A stretch of 64,000 bases of DNA, taken from NCBI GenBank assembly GCA_038231455.1, contig JBBRLI010000007.1, positions 32,001 to 96,000 on the forward strand. The letters run 5' to 3'. The notes below the pieces were generated by a model. It made no database searches and was not told where the DNA came from. It worked only from the letters and a program-made list of their open reading frames with translations. This document shows, piece by piece, positions 1 to 10,328 of this stretch. The number at the start of each line of letters is the position of its first letter. Within the stretch, counting starts at the first letter, position 1. This DNA is from Vulcanimicrobiales bacterium. Lineage in GTDB: Bacteria > Vulcanimicrobiota > Vulcanimicrobiia > Vulcanimicrobiales > Vulcanimicrobiaceae. A program made the translations under genes and the position numbers.

Positions 1-118
1 GCGCATCGTCGATGTCGCCCCGCGAATACGCCGCAATGATGCGGGTCCACGTCGCGACTTCGAGCGGTTCGCCGTCGCGTTTGCGTTCGATGGCGCGGCG
101 CATTTCGAGATGATCCAC
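1..118 (-). CDS. pdp: Pyrimidine-nucleoside/thymidine phosphorylase, N-terminal part (runs off window start)
   Basis: Manual translation of minus strand from GTG118 (or ATG103): MDHLEMRRAIERKRDGEPLEVATWTRIIAAYSRGDIDDA, matching the I.KKRDG..L...I..Y..G.I.D N-terminus of PyNP/TP; not in ORF track. Confidence 0.75.
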   Translation of the reverse strand, partial: MDHLEMRRAIERKRDGEPLEVATWTRIIAAYSRGDIDDA

Positions 119-158
119 AGCGCCGGGGTTCGCGGCACCGCAAGCGAACCCCGGTGCA

Positions 159-1778
159 ATGGGAACGCTGCCGATCCCGGTCGTCGACGCCTGGGGCACG
201 GCCGCCATCGTTCCGCTCGCGTGGCTCCTGGGAATCGTAGCGCTCGCCGCAGGAGCATACGGCGCTGCGATACGCGTTGCGGCGCGGCTTCCGCTTCGGG
301 TAGTTTTGCCTGCGATCGGCGCTGCGCTCACGATCGCGCTCGTCGCACCGGCGATTTTTTCAAGCGATCTCTACGCGTATCTCGCATACGGCGAACGCGC
401 AGCCCACGGCTGCAATCCGTGGGGGTCGACGGCGACGTGCAATGCCGGTCCGCTCGCGGAACTCGCGCGCATCGCGTGGCATCACGACCCGCCGCGACTC
501 GTCTACGGTCCGGCGTTCGTCATCGTAGCGGCGCTAGTCGCGCCGCTCGGTGCGATCGATCCGCGCGCCGCAGTTCTCGCCTGGCGGATCGCGATGTGCC
601 TTGCCTTTCTCGGCGCAATCGCTCGCATCGCGCAAGCAAGCGGCATGCGTGCAGCGATTATCGTTGGCGCAAACCCGGTCGCGCTCTGGACGGTCGGCGA
701 AGGCCACAACGACGCGCTGATGCTCCTTTTTGCCGCGTTCGCGTTCGGCGTTACGAACCGGGCTCGGTCGCTTTTTTGGATCGCTGCAATCGCGGTCAAA
801 GGGATCGCCCTCGTCCCGGCGCTTTGGATCGAGCGCAAGTGGGGGGCGCGAGTCGTCGTCCTGGCGGCAACCGTTGCGTGCTATCTCCCACTGTTGCTTG
901 CCGTCGATTCCAGCGGTGGCGTGCGAGCCTCGACGACGACAGCGTACGATATCGCAAGCCTGCTGCCGCTACCACATCTCATCGCGCAAGCAGGCGTCGC
1001 GATATTACTCGGCGGCTTCTTGCTCGTCCGAGCGCCGCGCGACGAACGGATCGCGCGCTACGTTCTCCTCGCGTGGTGCTTGCTACCGAACGCCTACCCG
1101 TGGTACGCGCTCTGGATTTTACCGTTCGCAGCGTATTTTTGGGGAACATCAACCGCAAGCGCGCTCGTCTGGGCCGCCACCGTCTCGATCGTCCGGTACA
1201 TTCCTGACGCCACGATCGGGAACGACCCCGCCCTCCGGAGTAATATCGTTTTCATGCAGTTTCTGCCGCCGCTCGCCATCATCGCCGCAGCCCGTCTACA
1301 AAAGAAAAGCGCCGTCGTAGCGTCTCTCGTTGCCATCGCCGCTACGCTAATGGGCTGCGCAAAACCCGAACCCGGCGCGCAGAACACGCAAGCGACGGCG
1401 CCGCCAGCGCAATCGGCGCAGTCAACCGTCGTGAGTACGCCCTCAGCACAATTCGGCTACGTGCTAACTCCACCAGCCGAAGCAAACGCCCCAGCCGGCA
1501 GCCCGCGCATCCTAGAAATAGCACTGAACGCGCAAACGCTGATTTCACCGGGTCCGGTCCTCGTCCGCATAACAACAACGACCGACGTAGTCAACGTAAT
1601 AGCCAAAGCCCTCGGCCGCGAAATAACAATCCAACAAGCCTCGCCAGGAATTTTTTCCGGCGGCGAAGACATCCCACGTGTGCCAGCCTTCATGCGAAGA
1701 AGCTACGAAGTAGAAATCATCGCCGCTAACGCGGCCGGCAAAACAGCAAAAGCCACAGTCCCAGTAACCCTCCGCTAA
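159..1778 (+). CDS. Polytopic GT-C-type glycosyltransferase (MptB/polyprenol-phosphomannose mannosyltransferase-like) with C-terminal lipoprotein-like domain
   Basis: Many TM segments; SSDLYAYLAYG, YGPAF, NP...EGHNDALM, YPWY motifs; late KK-hydrophobic-LMGC segment followed by Pro/Ala/Gln linker and beta-rich domain. Confidence 0.7.
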   Translation: MGTLPIPVVDAWGTAAIVPLAWLLGIVALAAGAYGAAIRVAARLPLRVVLPAIGAALTIALVAPAIFSSDLYAYLAYGERAAHGCNPWGSTATCNAGPLAELARIAWHHDPPRLVYGPAFVIVAALVAPLGAIDPRAAVLAWRIAMCLAFLGAIARIAQASGMRAAIIVGANPVALWTVGEGHNDALMLLFAAFAFGVTNRARSLFWIAAIAVKGIALVPALWIERKWGARVVVLAATVACYLPLLLAVDSSGGVRASTTTAYDIASLLPLPHLIAQAGVAILLGGFLLVRAPRDERIARYVLLAWCLLPNAYPWYALWILPFAAYFWGTSTASALVWAATVSIVRYIPDATIGNDPALRSNIVFMQFLPPLAIIAAARLQKKSAVVASLVAIAATLMGCAKPEPGAQNTQATAPPAQSAQSTVVSTPSAQFGYVLTPPAEANAPAGSPRILEIALNAQTLISPGPVLVRITTTTDVVNVIAKALGREITIQQASPGIFSGGEDIPRVPAFMRRSYEVEIIAANAAGKTAKATVPVTLR

Positions 1779-1788
1779 AAGCAAAAGA

Positions 1789-2192
1789 GCCCCTTCGGGC
1801 CCCCCAAGGGGAATCGCGACCGCGCCCCCGTGTCGGCGGGGCCCAGCGACATGGGGGCCCCACGCAAAGCGTGGGGGGCGCGCAGCCCGGGGCGGAGCGC
1901 CTTTACAACGGCACGCCTCGATCGTGCTGAACGCAACGCACCGGCGCACCGCCCAGCGCGCGCTCGGGCGCCAGGGCTAAGTCAAGCCACCATCCCGGCA
2001 TGCCGGTGCGTTGCGTTCGGCACGATCCAGGCGTGCCGGTGCGTTGCGCTTGCCACCGTCCCCGCATGCCGGTTGGAAAGGCGCTCCGCCCCTGGCTCCG
2101 CGCCCCCCACGCTTTGCGTGGGGCCCCCATTGTCGTGGGCCCCGCCGACATGGTGGCACGTTCGCGATTCCCCGCGGGGGGCCCTAAGGGGC
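1789..2192. repeat. ~404-bp imperfect palindromic element (REP/REPIN- or MITE-like) with internal 33-bp tandem repeats
   Basis: 1789-1904 is the near reverse complement of 2077-2192; 1909-1945 pairs with 2002-2038; tandem units at 1986-2018, 2019-2051 and partial 2052-2073. Confidence 0.9.
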
Positions 2193-2278
2193 GTTATCGT
2201 GTCTATCGAGGTGCGCGCCTAGCCTGTTCTCGGCTTTGATCTTGCGTGGTACGATAGCAATCCGCGCAAAACCCGAGG

Positions 2279-5200
2279 ATGTCTACCATCGCGACCCTGG
2301 CCCCGACTCTTGTTCGTGCTCTTCCCAGTTCCAGTCGATCGCTTGCGGGCTTGATCGAGCGGCTCCGCACGCCACTTGAAGGCAACCGTGGCCTCGCTTT
2401 CGCCCTGCACGAGACAACCGCATCGGCCCGGCCGTACCTCATCGCCGGTCTCTTTCGCGCTCTCGGCGGGCAGCTATTCATCGCGACGCCGACCACAGAC
2501 GTCGCTGAACGCACCTTTGCCGATCTGCTCTACTTTTTGGGCGAGGGCGAATCCGACACCGTCGCGCTTTTGCGTGCGCGGGACGAAACCGTCGGCGCGA
2601 TCGAAAGCCCAAGCGAACGCAGCGCACGTATGACGCTGCTCGCGGATCTCTGCGCGCGCAAAGCGCGCATCATCGTCGCTCCGGTCGCCGCACTCCGCCA
2701 ATACGTCATTCCCCGCGCGATGTTCGATGAACTCAGCCTCACGCTCGCCGTCGGCGATGAACCCGGCTGGGACGACATCCAAAACCGCCTGTATCGCCTC
2801 GGCTATTCGCGTGCTGACGTGGTGAGCGCCGCCGGTGAATACGCGGTGCGCGGCGGCATCATCGACCTCTATCCCGCAACGAGCGACGCACCGGTTCGTT
2901 TAGAATTCTTCGGCGACACGCTCGAATCGATTCGCCCCTTCGACCTGCAATCGCAGCGCAGCGACGGCGAACGCGAACTTATCCACATCACGCCGTGGCT
3001 TGAGATCCCGCGCGACGACATCTACCGCGAGCGCGTGATCGAGCGCGCAACGGGCGAGCCTGCGATGGTCTCCGCGCTGCGTTCTTATCTTGCAACCGGC
3101 GCTGAGGTTCCCGATCCGTGGCTCTCGCTTGCCTTCGATTCGCGCGCCACGATCCTTGACTATCTCGACCCGAACGCCGTGATCGTCATCGACGAGCCGG
3201 GAATGCTCGCAACGATCGATCGCAGCCTCGATGAAGAACGCTCGCGCGAAGAACAAGTGCTGCTTGCGGGCGTCGAATCCGGCGAACTCGACGTGCGTGC
3301 CGAGGAAGTCGGCGAAGCGCTACTCGCCGATCTTGTCGCACCGTTCCCGCGCCTCGATGATTTACGCGAAGCACTTGCGGCGCGCCGCGTGCTCACGATT
3401 ACCGGCGGCATCGAAGCGGCAGGCGATCTTGCTTGGCTACCGCGCTCGCTCGATGATTTCGTTCTCGAAACGCGCCCGGCCGAACACTTCAACCGCCGTA
3501 TCGAACTCTTCGTCACCTCGGTCAACGAGTGGCTTGCGGCCGGTGAAACGGTCTGGCTGGTCGCCTCGGGTGCATCGCGTCTAGCGGAACTCTTACGCGC
3601 TGCGGGCGTGAGTGTCGAACGCAGCGCAAACGCGATTCACTTGCGCGCCGCCGGCCCGCTGGGCGTCGCGGGGAACGATGGGCTCGCGATGGGTACGACG
3701 CAGACGCGCGGCACCGTTTACGTCGATCAGGGTTCGCTCGAAGCCGGCTTTTCGATTCCGGGCCTTCGACTGCATGTGCTCGGCGACCGCGAGATCTACG
3801 GTCAGCAGGCGAAGCGCGTCAAGCTGCGCGCGGTCAAAGAGGGCGTGCCGATCACGCTTGCCGATCTCAAAGTCGGCGACTACGTCGTGCACGCGGTGCA
3901 CGGCATCGGCCAGTACTTGGGCTTGCGCGCGGAGACGATTCTCGGCGCAACGAGCGACTATCTCGATTTGAAATACGCGGGAACAGACCGCATGCTCGTG
4001 CCGGTGTTGCAAATGCACATGGTCACGAAGTACAGCGCGAACGAAGGCGTCGCGCCCAAACTCAGCAAGATGGGCGGCGCCGATTGGGCGCGCACCAAAG
4101 GCCGTGTATCCGAGGCGCTCGGGAAAATCGCCGACGATCTCGTCGCACTCTACGCCCAGCGCGAGATGGCGCAAGGCCATACGTTCGGCCCCGATACGCC
4201 GTGGCAAGCCGAGCTCGAAGAATCATTTCCGTACGAACCGACCGTCGACCAAGCAAAAGCCATCACCGATGCAAAAGCCGACATGGAACGCGCGCGGCCG
4301 ATGGATCGCCTCGTGTGCGGCGATGTCGGGTACGGCAAAACAGAAGTCGCCGTACGCGCGATCTTCAAAGCGATCGCCGACAAGAAGCAAGTCGCGTTCC
4401 TCGTACCAACGACCCTGCTCGCCGCGCAACATCACCGCACGCTCACCGGCCGCTTCGCGAGTTTTCCGACGCGCGTCGATGAACTCTCACGTTTCAAAAC
4501 CAAGAAAGAACAGCAGGCGACGCTCGCGGCGCTCGCAGCGGGTCAGGTCGACGTCGTCGTCGGCACGCATCGTTTACTGCAGAAAGACGTCGTCTTCCGC
4601 GACCTCGGCCTCATCGTCGTCGACGAAGAACAACGTTTTGGCGTAATGCACAAGGAACGTCTCAAGCAAATGCGCGCTTCGGTCGACGTGCTCACGCTCT
4701 CGGCAACGCCGATCCCACGCACGCTGCAGATGTCGCTGATGGGCGTGCGCGATCTCTCGCTCATTCAAACCGCGCCTAAAAATCGCATGTCGATCAAAAC
4801 GGTCGTCGTGCCCGCATCCGATGCCGTCGTGCAGCGCGCGATCGCAAACGAACTCGATCGCGGCGGTCAAGTCTACTACGTCCACAACCGGATCGAATCG
4901 ATCCACGCGGTCGCGCGCGCCTTACAGCAGCTCGTCCCCAAAGCCCGCATCGGCGTCGGTCACGGTCAGATGACCGAATCCGAACTCGAGCCCGTCATGG
5001 GCCAATTCATCGAGGGCGAGCTCGACGTGTTCGTCTCGACAACGATCATCGAGAACGGCATCGACATCCCCAATGTCAATACGATCATCGTCAACGACGC
5101 CGATAAGTTCGGCCTCGCGCAACTCTATCAACTCCGCGGACGCGTCGGGCGCTCGAACCACCAAGCCTACGCATATTTACTCTACCAGGCCCACAAGACG

Positions 5201-5854
5201 CTCTCCGAGGACGCCAAGGCACGGCTCGAGGCGATTCGCGAATTCACGCACTTAGGTTCCGGATTACAGATTGCGATGCGCGATCTCGAGATCCGCGGGT
5301 CGGGGAATCTGCTCGGTTCCGCGCAGTCGGGTTTCATCGGCGCGGTGGGTTTCGAGACGTACGTCTCGCTCCTGGCCGACGCGATCGCCGAGCGCAAAGG
5401 TCGCCCGGCCGACTTCGAAGAGAAGCGGGAAGCCGTCATCGATATCAAGCTCGACGCGTTTGTCCCCGCGGATTACATCCCGCAAGTCTCGCAGAAAATC
5501 GCGGTCTATCAGGAACTCGCAAGCGCGCGCAGCGAAGCGCAAGTGGAGGAAATCGTCAGCGGCGTCATCGACCGCTTCGGTCCGCTTCCCGAACCGCTGC
5601 AGAATCTCGTCGAAATCACCAAACTTCGGACCACCGCCTTGCGCAAAGGCGTCACGCGCGTCGTGATCGCGGAAACACGTCTGACGCTGGGCGTCGGTTC
5701 GGCGTTCTCGATCGATCCCGCGGCGATCCCGAAACTCCAGTCGCTCACGCGCAACAAATTCCGCTTTGCCGAAGGAAAGATTCTCGTCGACTTGCCGCCG
5801 CGCAAACCGGCCGAGCAAATGCCGATCCTTCGCGCGCTGCTCGAGGCCCTCTAG
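2279..5854 (+). CDS. mfd: Transcription-repair coupling factor
   Basis: 1191 aa; UvrB-like module (RGGIIDLYP), CarD/RID ([12 protein letters not shown]), [34 protein letters not shown]-terminus. Confidence 0.98.
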   Translation: MSTIATLAPTLVRALPSSSRSLAGLIERLRTPLEGNRGLAFALHETTASARPYLIAGLFRALGGQLFIATPTTDVAERTFADLLYFLGEGESDTVALLRARDETVGAIESPSERSARMTLLADLCARKARIIVAPVAALRQYVIPRAMFDELSLTLAVGDEPGWDDIQNRLYRLGYSRADVVSAAGEYAVRGGIIDLYPATSDAPVRLEFFGDTLESIRPFDLQSQRSDGERELIHITPWLEIPRDDIYRERVIERATGEPAMVSALRSYLATGAEVPDPWLSLAFDSRATILDYLDPNAVIVIDEPGMLATIDRSLDEERSREEQVLLAGVESGELDVRAEEVGEALLADLVAPFPRLDDLREALAARRVLTITGGIEAAGDLAWLPRSLDDFVLETRPAEHFNRRIELFVTSVNEWLAAGETVWLVASGASRLAELLRAAGVSVERSANAIHLRAAGPLGVAGNDGLAMGTTQTRGTVYVDQGSLEAGFSIPGLRLHVLGDREIYGQQAKRVKLRAVKEGVPITLADLKVGDYVVHAVHGIGQYLGLRAETILGATSDYLDLKYAGTDRMLVPVLQMHMVTKYSANEGVAPKLSKMGGADWARTKGRVSEALGKIADDLVALYAQREMAQGHTFGPDTPWQAELEESFPYEPTVDQAKAITDAKADMERARPMDRLVCGDVGYGKTEVAVRAIFKAIADKKQVAFLVPTTLLAAQHHRTLTGRFASFPTRVDELSRFKTKKEQQATLAALAAGQVDVVVGTHRLLQKDVVFRDLGLIVVDEEQRFGVMHKERLKQMRASVDVLTLSATPIPRTLQMSLMGVRDLSLIQTAPKNRMSIKTVVVPASDAVVQRAIANELDRGGQVYYVHNRIESIHAVARALQQLVPKARIGVGHGQMTESELEPVMGQFIEGELDVFVSTTIIENGIDIPNVNTIIVNDADKFGLAQLYQLRGRVGRSNHQAYAYLLYQAHKTLSEDAKARLEAIREFTHLGSGLQIAMRDLEIRGSGNLLGSAQSGFIGAVGFETYVSLLADAIAERKGRPADFEEKREAVIDIKLDAFVPADYIPQVSQKIAVYQELASARSEAQVEEIVSGVIDRFGPLPEPLQNLVEITKLRTTALRKGVTRVVIAETRLTLGVGSAFSIDPAAIPKLQSLTRNKFRFAEGKILVDLPPRKPAEQMPILRALLEAL

Positions 5855-5903
5855 CATCGAAGGCAAAAACGTCACCGACACCGTTGCGGAAACGGTCTCA
5901 TCG

Positions 5904-6368
5904 ATGGTCGAGATCGAACAGCGCGCCGAGGCCGACCTCTCGGCCCGTCAACGTGCGATCGAGCGCGTCACCGCGAACCTCGGCCGACCGCGGGCGATCG
6001 ACGCCCTCCTGGTCCTCGTCGCGATCTGGACGGCAACCAATCTCGCGCTCAAGCATCCGCTCGATCCCCCGCCGTTCTACTGGATGCAGGGGGCGGTTGG
6101 CCTCGGCGCCCTGGTCATGACCATGCTGATCCTTACAACGCAGAACCGAGCGAGTGCGCTCTCGGAACAGCGTGCGCGGTTGGCACTGCAAATCAGCCTG
6201 CTGACCGAAAAAAAGGTCTCGAAACTCATCGAACTGCTCGAATCGCTCCGGCGCGACGATCCGACCATTGCCAATCGCTACGACCCGGTAGCCGCGGAAA
6301 TGCAAAAATCGCCCGATCCGACGGCGGTCGTCGAGGCGATGGAGCGGAACGTACCCACCGAGCCCTAG
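5904..6368 (+). CDS. DUF1003-family small membrane protein (start uncertain)
   Basis: Two TM helices around DPPPFYW, then QNR...EQRARLALQISLLTEKKVSKLIELLE pattern typical of DUF1003. Confidence 0.7.
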   Translation: MVEIEQRAEADLSARQRAIERVTANLGRPRAIDALLVLVAIWTATNLALKHPLDPPPFYWMQGAVGLGALVMTMLILTTQNRASALSEQRARLALQISLLTEKKVSKLIELLESLRRDDPTIANRYDPVAAEMQKSPDPTAVVEAMERNVPTEP

Positions 6369-6472
6369 GAGGGGATGGCCGCCGTGCGGCCCGAATTCAC
6401 GGGACGTTTGCGGAGCCCTTGAGCTCCGTTCTTTACGCCGCCGGCTGTCTAGCAGTTTGGCTTGGAGTTGAC

Positions 6473-7450
6473 ATGTTTTCGATTGGTAACCGCGCTCTCG
6501 CGGGTTTCGCGACAGCGACGCTGTGTCTTGGTCTGGCCGCTTGCGGTTCGGGCGGCGGTGGCGGCGACATCGCCGCGGTGAACGGACAGAAAATCTCACG
6601 CGCCGACTTCGACAAGAAGCTCGAAGCAGGCCCGGCCGGAAAGTCGACGCTCACGCAACTCGTGCAGCAGTCGCTTGTCGACCAGTATGCAAACGACAAC
6701 AAAATCACGGTCGCGGACTCCGAAATCGACAAACGCGAGAACGACATCAAAGCGAAGTACCCCGCCGGTCAGTTCGATCAGATCCTCAAACAACAGGGTC
6801 TTACCGAACCCGATGTACGCACGATTCTGCGCCAGCAGATCGTGATCGAGAAGGCCGTCAGCAAAGACGTCCACGTTTCGGATACCGACATCAAAGCGTA
6901 CTTCGATAAGAATCACGCGACGCTCGATAAACCCGAGCAGGTGCGCGCGCGCCACATCCTCGTTGCCGATCTCAAAACGGCAAACGACGTCGAAGCCAAG
7001 CTTAAATCCGGTGCCAAGTTCGAAGATCTGGCCAAACAATATTCGACCGATCCCTCATCGAAAGATAAAGGCGGCGAGCTCGGCTTCTTCGGAAAAGGTC
7101 AGATGGTCCCGGCGTTCCAGGATGCCGCGTTCTCATCGCCCATCGGCAAAATCACGGCGCCCGTGAAATCGCCGTTCGGCTTCCACATCATCCAGGTCGA
7201 AGAGAAGAAAGCCGCGGTCAAGGCGACGCTGGCCAACCAGCACGATACGATTGCCGATCAGCTCAAGCAGCAGCAGAACGCGCAGCAGTTCCCGGTCTTC
7301 CTCCAGGGTCTGAAGGCGAAAGCCAAGATCGAAGTTTACGACGACCGTCTTAAGGACGCGTTCCCGCCGGCCGTGCCTGCGGCAGCGACCGCACCGCCCG
7401 CCGCCGCTCCCGCTGCGACCCCCGCGGCCAAGGCGACCCCCGCGAAGTAA
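6473..7450 (+). CDS. prsA: PrsA-like foldase, parvulin PPIase lipoprotein
   Basis: GGAG RBS before ATG6473; lipobox LAAC; VRARHILV, FEDLAKQYSTD, GGELGFF, MVPAF, FGFHII. Confidence 0.92.
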   Translation: MFSIGNRALAGFATATLCLGLAACGSGGGGGDIAAVNGQKISRADFDKKLEAGPAGKSTLTQLVQQSLVDQYANDNKITVADSEIDKRENDIKAKYPAGQFDQILKQQGLTEPDVRTILRQQIVIEKAVSKDVHVSDTDIKAYFDKNHATLDKPEQVRARHILVADLKTANDVEAKLKSGAKFEDLAKQYSTDPSSKDKGGELGFFGKGQMVPAFQDAAFSSPIGKITAPVKSPFGFHIIQVEEKKAAVKATLANQHDTIADQLKQQQNAQQFPVFLQGLKAKAKIEVYDDRLKDAFPPAVPAAATAPPAAAPAATPAAKATPAK

Positions 7451-7479
7451 CGACCGCACCCCGCCGCGAGCGGAACTCC

Positions 7480-7510
7480 AAGCGCCGACGGTTCGCCGTC
7501 GGCGCTTTGT
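7480..7510 (+). terminator. Intrinsic terminator after prsA
   Basis: Perfect 12-bp stem aagcgccgacgg/ccgtcggcgctt with TTCG loop and short T tail. Confidence 0.75.
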
Positions 7511-7551
7511 CATAGGTCGCCCCACCCCGGGCGGCGGAATCTCTAGGCGCT

Positions 7552-8742
7552 ATGATCCGGATCGTCGGCCTCGGGCCCGGAGACCCAGGGCTCCTCACCC
7601 TGGGCAGTCTCGAATCGCTACGGGCCGTCGGCCGCGCGGTCACCGTGCTGACCCCGCCCGAACTCACGCTGTTCCTGGAGACGCAGGGCGTAGCGCTCGT
7701 ACGCGACCGGGTTACCGATCAGCAGCTTTTCATCCGCGGCTCGAGCGAAGTGATCGACCACTTCGTCGAACGCGTCGACGAGGCGGATCTAGGCCTTGCC
7801 ATTCTCGGCAACCCACTCTCGGATTTTCCCGGTCTGCCGCAGTTGCTGCGCGCGCTCGAACGTCGCGGCGTCAGCGTGGAAATCGTCCCCGGCATGCCGC
7901 GGGCAACGCTCCAAGCCGCGATTACCATGCCGCTCGTCCCGCTGCCGCCGGGATCGATCCACCACTCGTGGGACGATCTGGTCGAAGTGATGGCGCGCCT
8001 GCGCCGCTCGTGTCCGTGGGATCGCGAGCAGACGCATCGTTCGCTCGTTCCGTATCTCCTCGAAGAGTCGTACGAAGTCACCGAGGCGATCGAAAACAAT
8101 AGTGAAGCCGAACTCTGTGAAGAACTCGGCGATCTCTTACTGCAGATCGTCTTTCACTCGCAGCTCGCAACGGAGACGGGTAAATTCTCCGTCGCCGATG
8201 TGATCGATGGACTTGCGAACAAGATGATCCGCCGTCATCCGCACGTGTTCGGCGACCAAGCCGCGAACAGCGTTGCCGAAGTGTGGACGAATTGGGAAGA
8301 ACTCAAATCCAAAGAAGCATCGGCCGCAAAACGCGAGTCGAAACTCGATGGCATTCCAAAAGCCCTCGGTGCGTTGCAGCGCTCACAAAAAATGCAAGAT
8401 AAAGCCTCGCGGGTCGGCTTCGATTGGCCCGATGCGCGCGCGGTCATCGACAAAATCGATGAAGAACTCGCCGAGCTTGCCGAAGCGCGCGCAAATGCCA
8501 AAGGCAAGCCCTCGGAGGACGCGCACATCCGTGAAGAACTCGGTGATGTACTCTTCTCTGTTGTGAACTTCTCGCGACAGCTCGGCATCGATGCAGAGGG
8601 CGCGCTGCGCGAAGCAAACGAGAAATTCTACCGCCGCTTCGGCTTCATGGAGACGCTCGCGCTCTCGCAAGGCCGCAAACTCGGCGATCTGTCACTTAAT
8701 GAACTCGAGGATTTGTGGCAGCAAGCCAAACGCGCGGCGTAG
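7552..8742 (+). CDS. mazG: YabN/MazG nucleoside triphosphate pyrophosphohydrolase with degenerate N-terminal tetrapyrrole-methylase-like domain
   Basis: [14 protein letters not shown]-terminus; [32 protein letters not shown] and second EELGD motif. Confidence 0.93.
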   Translation: MIRIVGLGPGDPGLLTLGSLESLRAVGRAVTVLTPPELTLFLETQGVALVRDRVTDQQLFIRGSSEVIDHFVERVDEADLGLAILGNPLSDFPGLPQLLRALERRGVSVEIVPGMPRATLQAAITMPLVPLPPGSIHHSWDDLVEVMARLRRSCPWDREQTHRSLVPYLLEESYEVTEAIENNSEAELCEELGDLLLQIVFHSQLATETGKFSVADVIDGLANKMIRRHPHVFGDQAANSVAEVWTNWEELKSKEASAAKRESKLDGIPKALGALQRSQKMQDKASRVGFDWPDARAVIDKIDEELAELAEARANAKGKPSEDAHIREELGDVLFSVVNFSRQLGIDAEGALREANEKFYRRFGFMETLALSQGRKLGDLSLNELEDLWQQAKRAA

Positions 8743-9134
8743 CGGTGACCTTGCGCGTGCGAATGAGCGCGCACGACGCACACTACGGCGGCAATCTCGT
8801 TGATGGCGCACGTATTCTCGGACTGTTCGGCGACGTCGCAACCGAACTCCTGATCCGCGCGGACGGCGATGAGGGGCTCTTTGCTGCCTACGATCTGGTC
8901 GAGTTTAAAGCGCCGGTGTATGCGGGCGATTACATCGAAGCGCGCGGTTGGATCACGAAAACCGGCACGACGTCGCGCACGATGGAATTCGAAGCGTATA
9001 AAGTGATTTCACCACGACCCGACCTCTCGCCGAGCGCCGCCGACGTTCTCGAGGTGCCGGTGCTGGTCGTTCGCGCGCGCGGTACGTGCGTTACCCCAAA
9101 AGCGCAACAGCGAGGCCCCGCTGAGACTCGATAA
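8715..9134 (+). CDS. kal: 3-aminobutyryl-CoA ammonia-lyase-like hotdog-fold protein (alternative start 8745)
   Basis: [54 protein letters not shown] signature. Confidence 0.85.
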   Translation: MAASQTRGVAVTLRVRMSAHDAHYGGNLVDGARILGLFGDVATELLIRADGDEGLFAAYDLVEFKAPVYAGDYIEARGWITKTGTTSRTMEFEAYKVISPRPDLSPSAADVLEVPVLVVRARGTCVTPKAQQRGPAETR

Positions 9135-9396
9135 GTTCCTCAAAGTTTCGCGACTTTCGAAACGTCGGGCCGAAGCAAAAGACGGGATCGAAGCGGGCCG
9201 AGTCACGAAGAACGAGCGCGCGCTCAAGCCCGGCTACGACGTGAAGGTGGACGACGTGCTCGTCATCCACTATCGCACGAAGTTCTTGACCGTCCGCGTC
9301 AAGCTCGTCCCCGAGCGCGTGCTACCGTCGCTCAAACCGCTCGACATGTACGAGATCGTAGACGAACGCAAAGACGACCCGGTCGACTGGATGTAA
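9121..9396 (+). CDS. yabO: S4-domain RNA-binding protein (YabO/RqcP, Hsp15-like), CTG start
   Basis: Manual translation (M)[27 protein letters not shown]...[12 protein letters not shown]...MYEIV; GAGG 5 nt before CTG9121; stop abuts whiA start; conserved mfd-mazG-yabO context. Confidence 0.88.
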   Translation: MRLDKFLKVSRLSKRRAEAKDGIEAGRVTKNERALKPGYDVKVDDVLVIHYRTKFLTVRVKLVPERVLPSLKPLDMYEIVDERKDDPVDWM

Positions 9397-10305
9397 GTGG
9401 CGCGCACGAACCTCTCCGCGGATGCCAAAGACGGGCTGACGCGGCTCTTGCCGGACGCCGTCCACTGCCGCGCTGCACTGCTGGCGGGTCTGGCATACTA
9501 CGGCGCGACGAAATCCGCCCACGGTCCCGTCTTTCGGACGCGACGGCTCGCCGTGGCACGGCTCTTCCGCACGCTCCTGGATGACGGTGCGAGCGGCGGC
9601 ATTCGCAAAGGTGCGGATTTGCGGCTCTACCGCACGACCAACTATGAGATCGATCTGCCGGACGCTGCCGTGCCGCCGAAAGCGCGCGCGCGCTGCGATC
9701 GGCGGATGGAACTGCGTGCGGCGTTTCTTGCGGTCGGGTCGCTCGCGGCGCCGGCCCACGGCTACCATCTCGAATTCGTCCTTGCCGACGCCGATCGCGC
9801 CGCGCGCCTGGAAGCGCTCTTTGCAACGGAGGGGCTGGACGCCAAGCGCACGACGCGCAAAGGCCGGATCGTCGTCTATTTCAAAGGCCTCGATCCGATC
9901 GTCGCCGCGCTCGTCGCGATCGGTGCGCATTCGGCGGTGCTGCACCTCGAAGACGTGCGGGCGATGAAAGAGACCAAAAACCGCATCCATCGTCTGGTGA
10001 ACACCGAGACGGCCAATGTCGTCCGGGCGGCGAGCGCTGCAGCTGCCCAGCGCGACGCGATTACCTACCTTGCGGATGCCTATGGCTTGCGCAATCTCTC
10101 CCCGCCGCTGCGCGAGGCCGCACATCTGCGCCTCAGCTATCCCGATGAGACGCTCGCGGAGCTGGGCCGGCGGGCCCAGCCGCCGGTCGGCAAAGCGACG
10201 ATCAACGGGCGTATCGCCGCGCTCCTACGCCTGGTCAAACGGCTCCGCGAGCCCGAAACAAAAGGGAGCCTCGCAATCGCCCGGCTAACGGAAAAAACTT
10301 CCTAA
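9397..10305 (+). CDS. whiA: DNA-binding protein WhiA
   Basis: LRAAFLAVGSL..P..GYHLEF, NRIHRLVNTETAN, C-terminal HTH (LRLSYPDETLAELG...VGKATINGR); directly upstream of gap. Confidence 0.92.
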   Translation: MARTNLSADAKDGLTRLLPDAVHCRAALLAGLAYYGATKSAHGPVFRTRRLAVARLFRTLLDDGASGGIRKGADLRLYRTTNYEIDLPDAAVPPKARARCDRRMELRAAFLAVGSLAAPAHGYHLEFVLADADRAARLEALFATEGLDAKRTTRKGRIVVYFKGLDPIVAALVAIGAHSAVLHLEDVRAMKETKNRIHRLVNTETANVVRAASAAAAQRDAITYLADAYGLRNLSPPLREAAHLRLSYPDETLAELGRRAQPPVGKATINGRIAALLRLVKRLREPETKGSLAIARLTEKTS

Positions 10306-10328
10306 CGCATCTTCGGAGGACAGCGCAC

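Noticed and set aside
1461-1778. A-rich 3' gene end as a diversity-generating retroelement target
   Set aside because: No reverse transcriptase or TR/VR pair is visible, and the A excess sits mainly at synonymous positions
1986-2073. 33-bp repeats as a CRISPR array
   Set aside because: Units are contiguous with no spacers, are degenerate, and no cas genes are in the window
1830-2222. ORFs on both strands starting MSAGP..MGAPRKAWGARS with ACRCVA repeats
   Set aside because: Mirror translations of the palindrome and 33-bp repeats; no RBS or coding signature, so not treated as a Cys-rich peptide gene
7363-7447. Ala/Pro/Thr-rich repeat at the prsA 3' end
   Set aside because: Ordinary low-complexity tail
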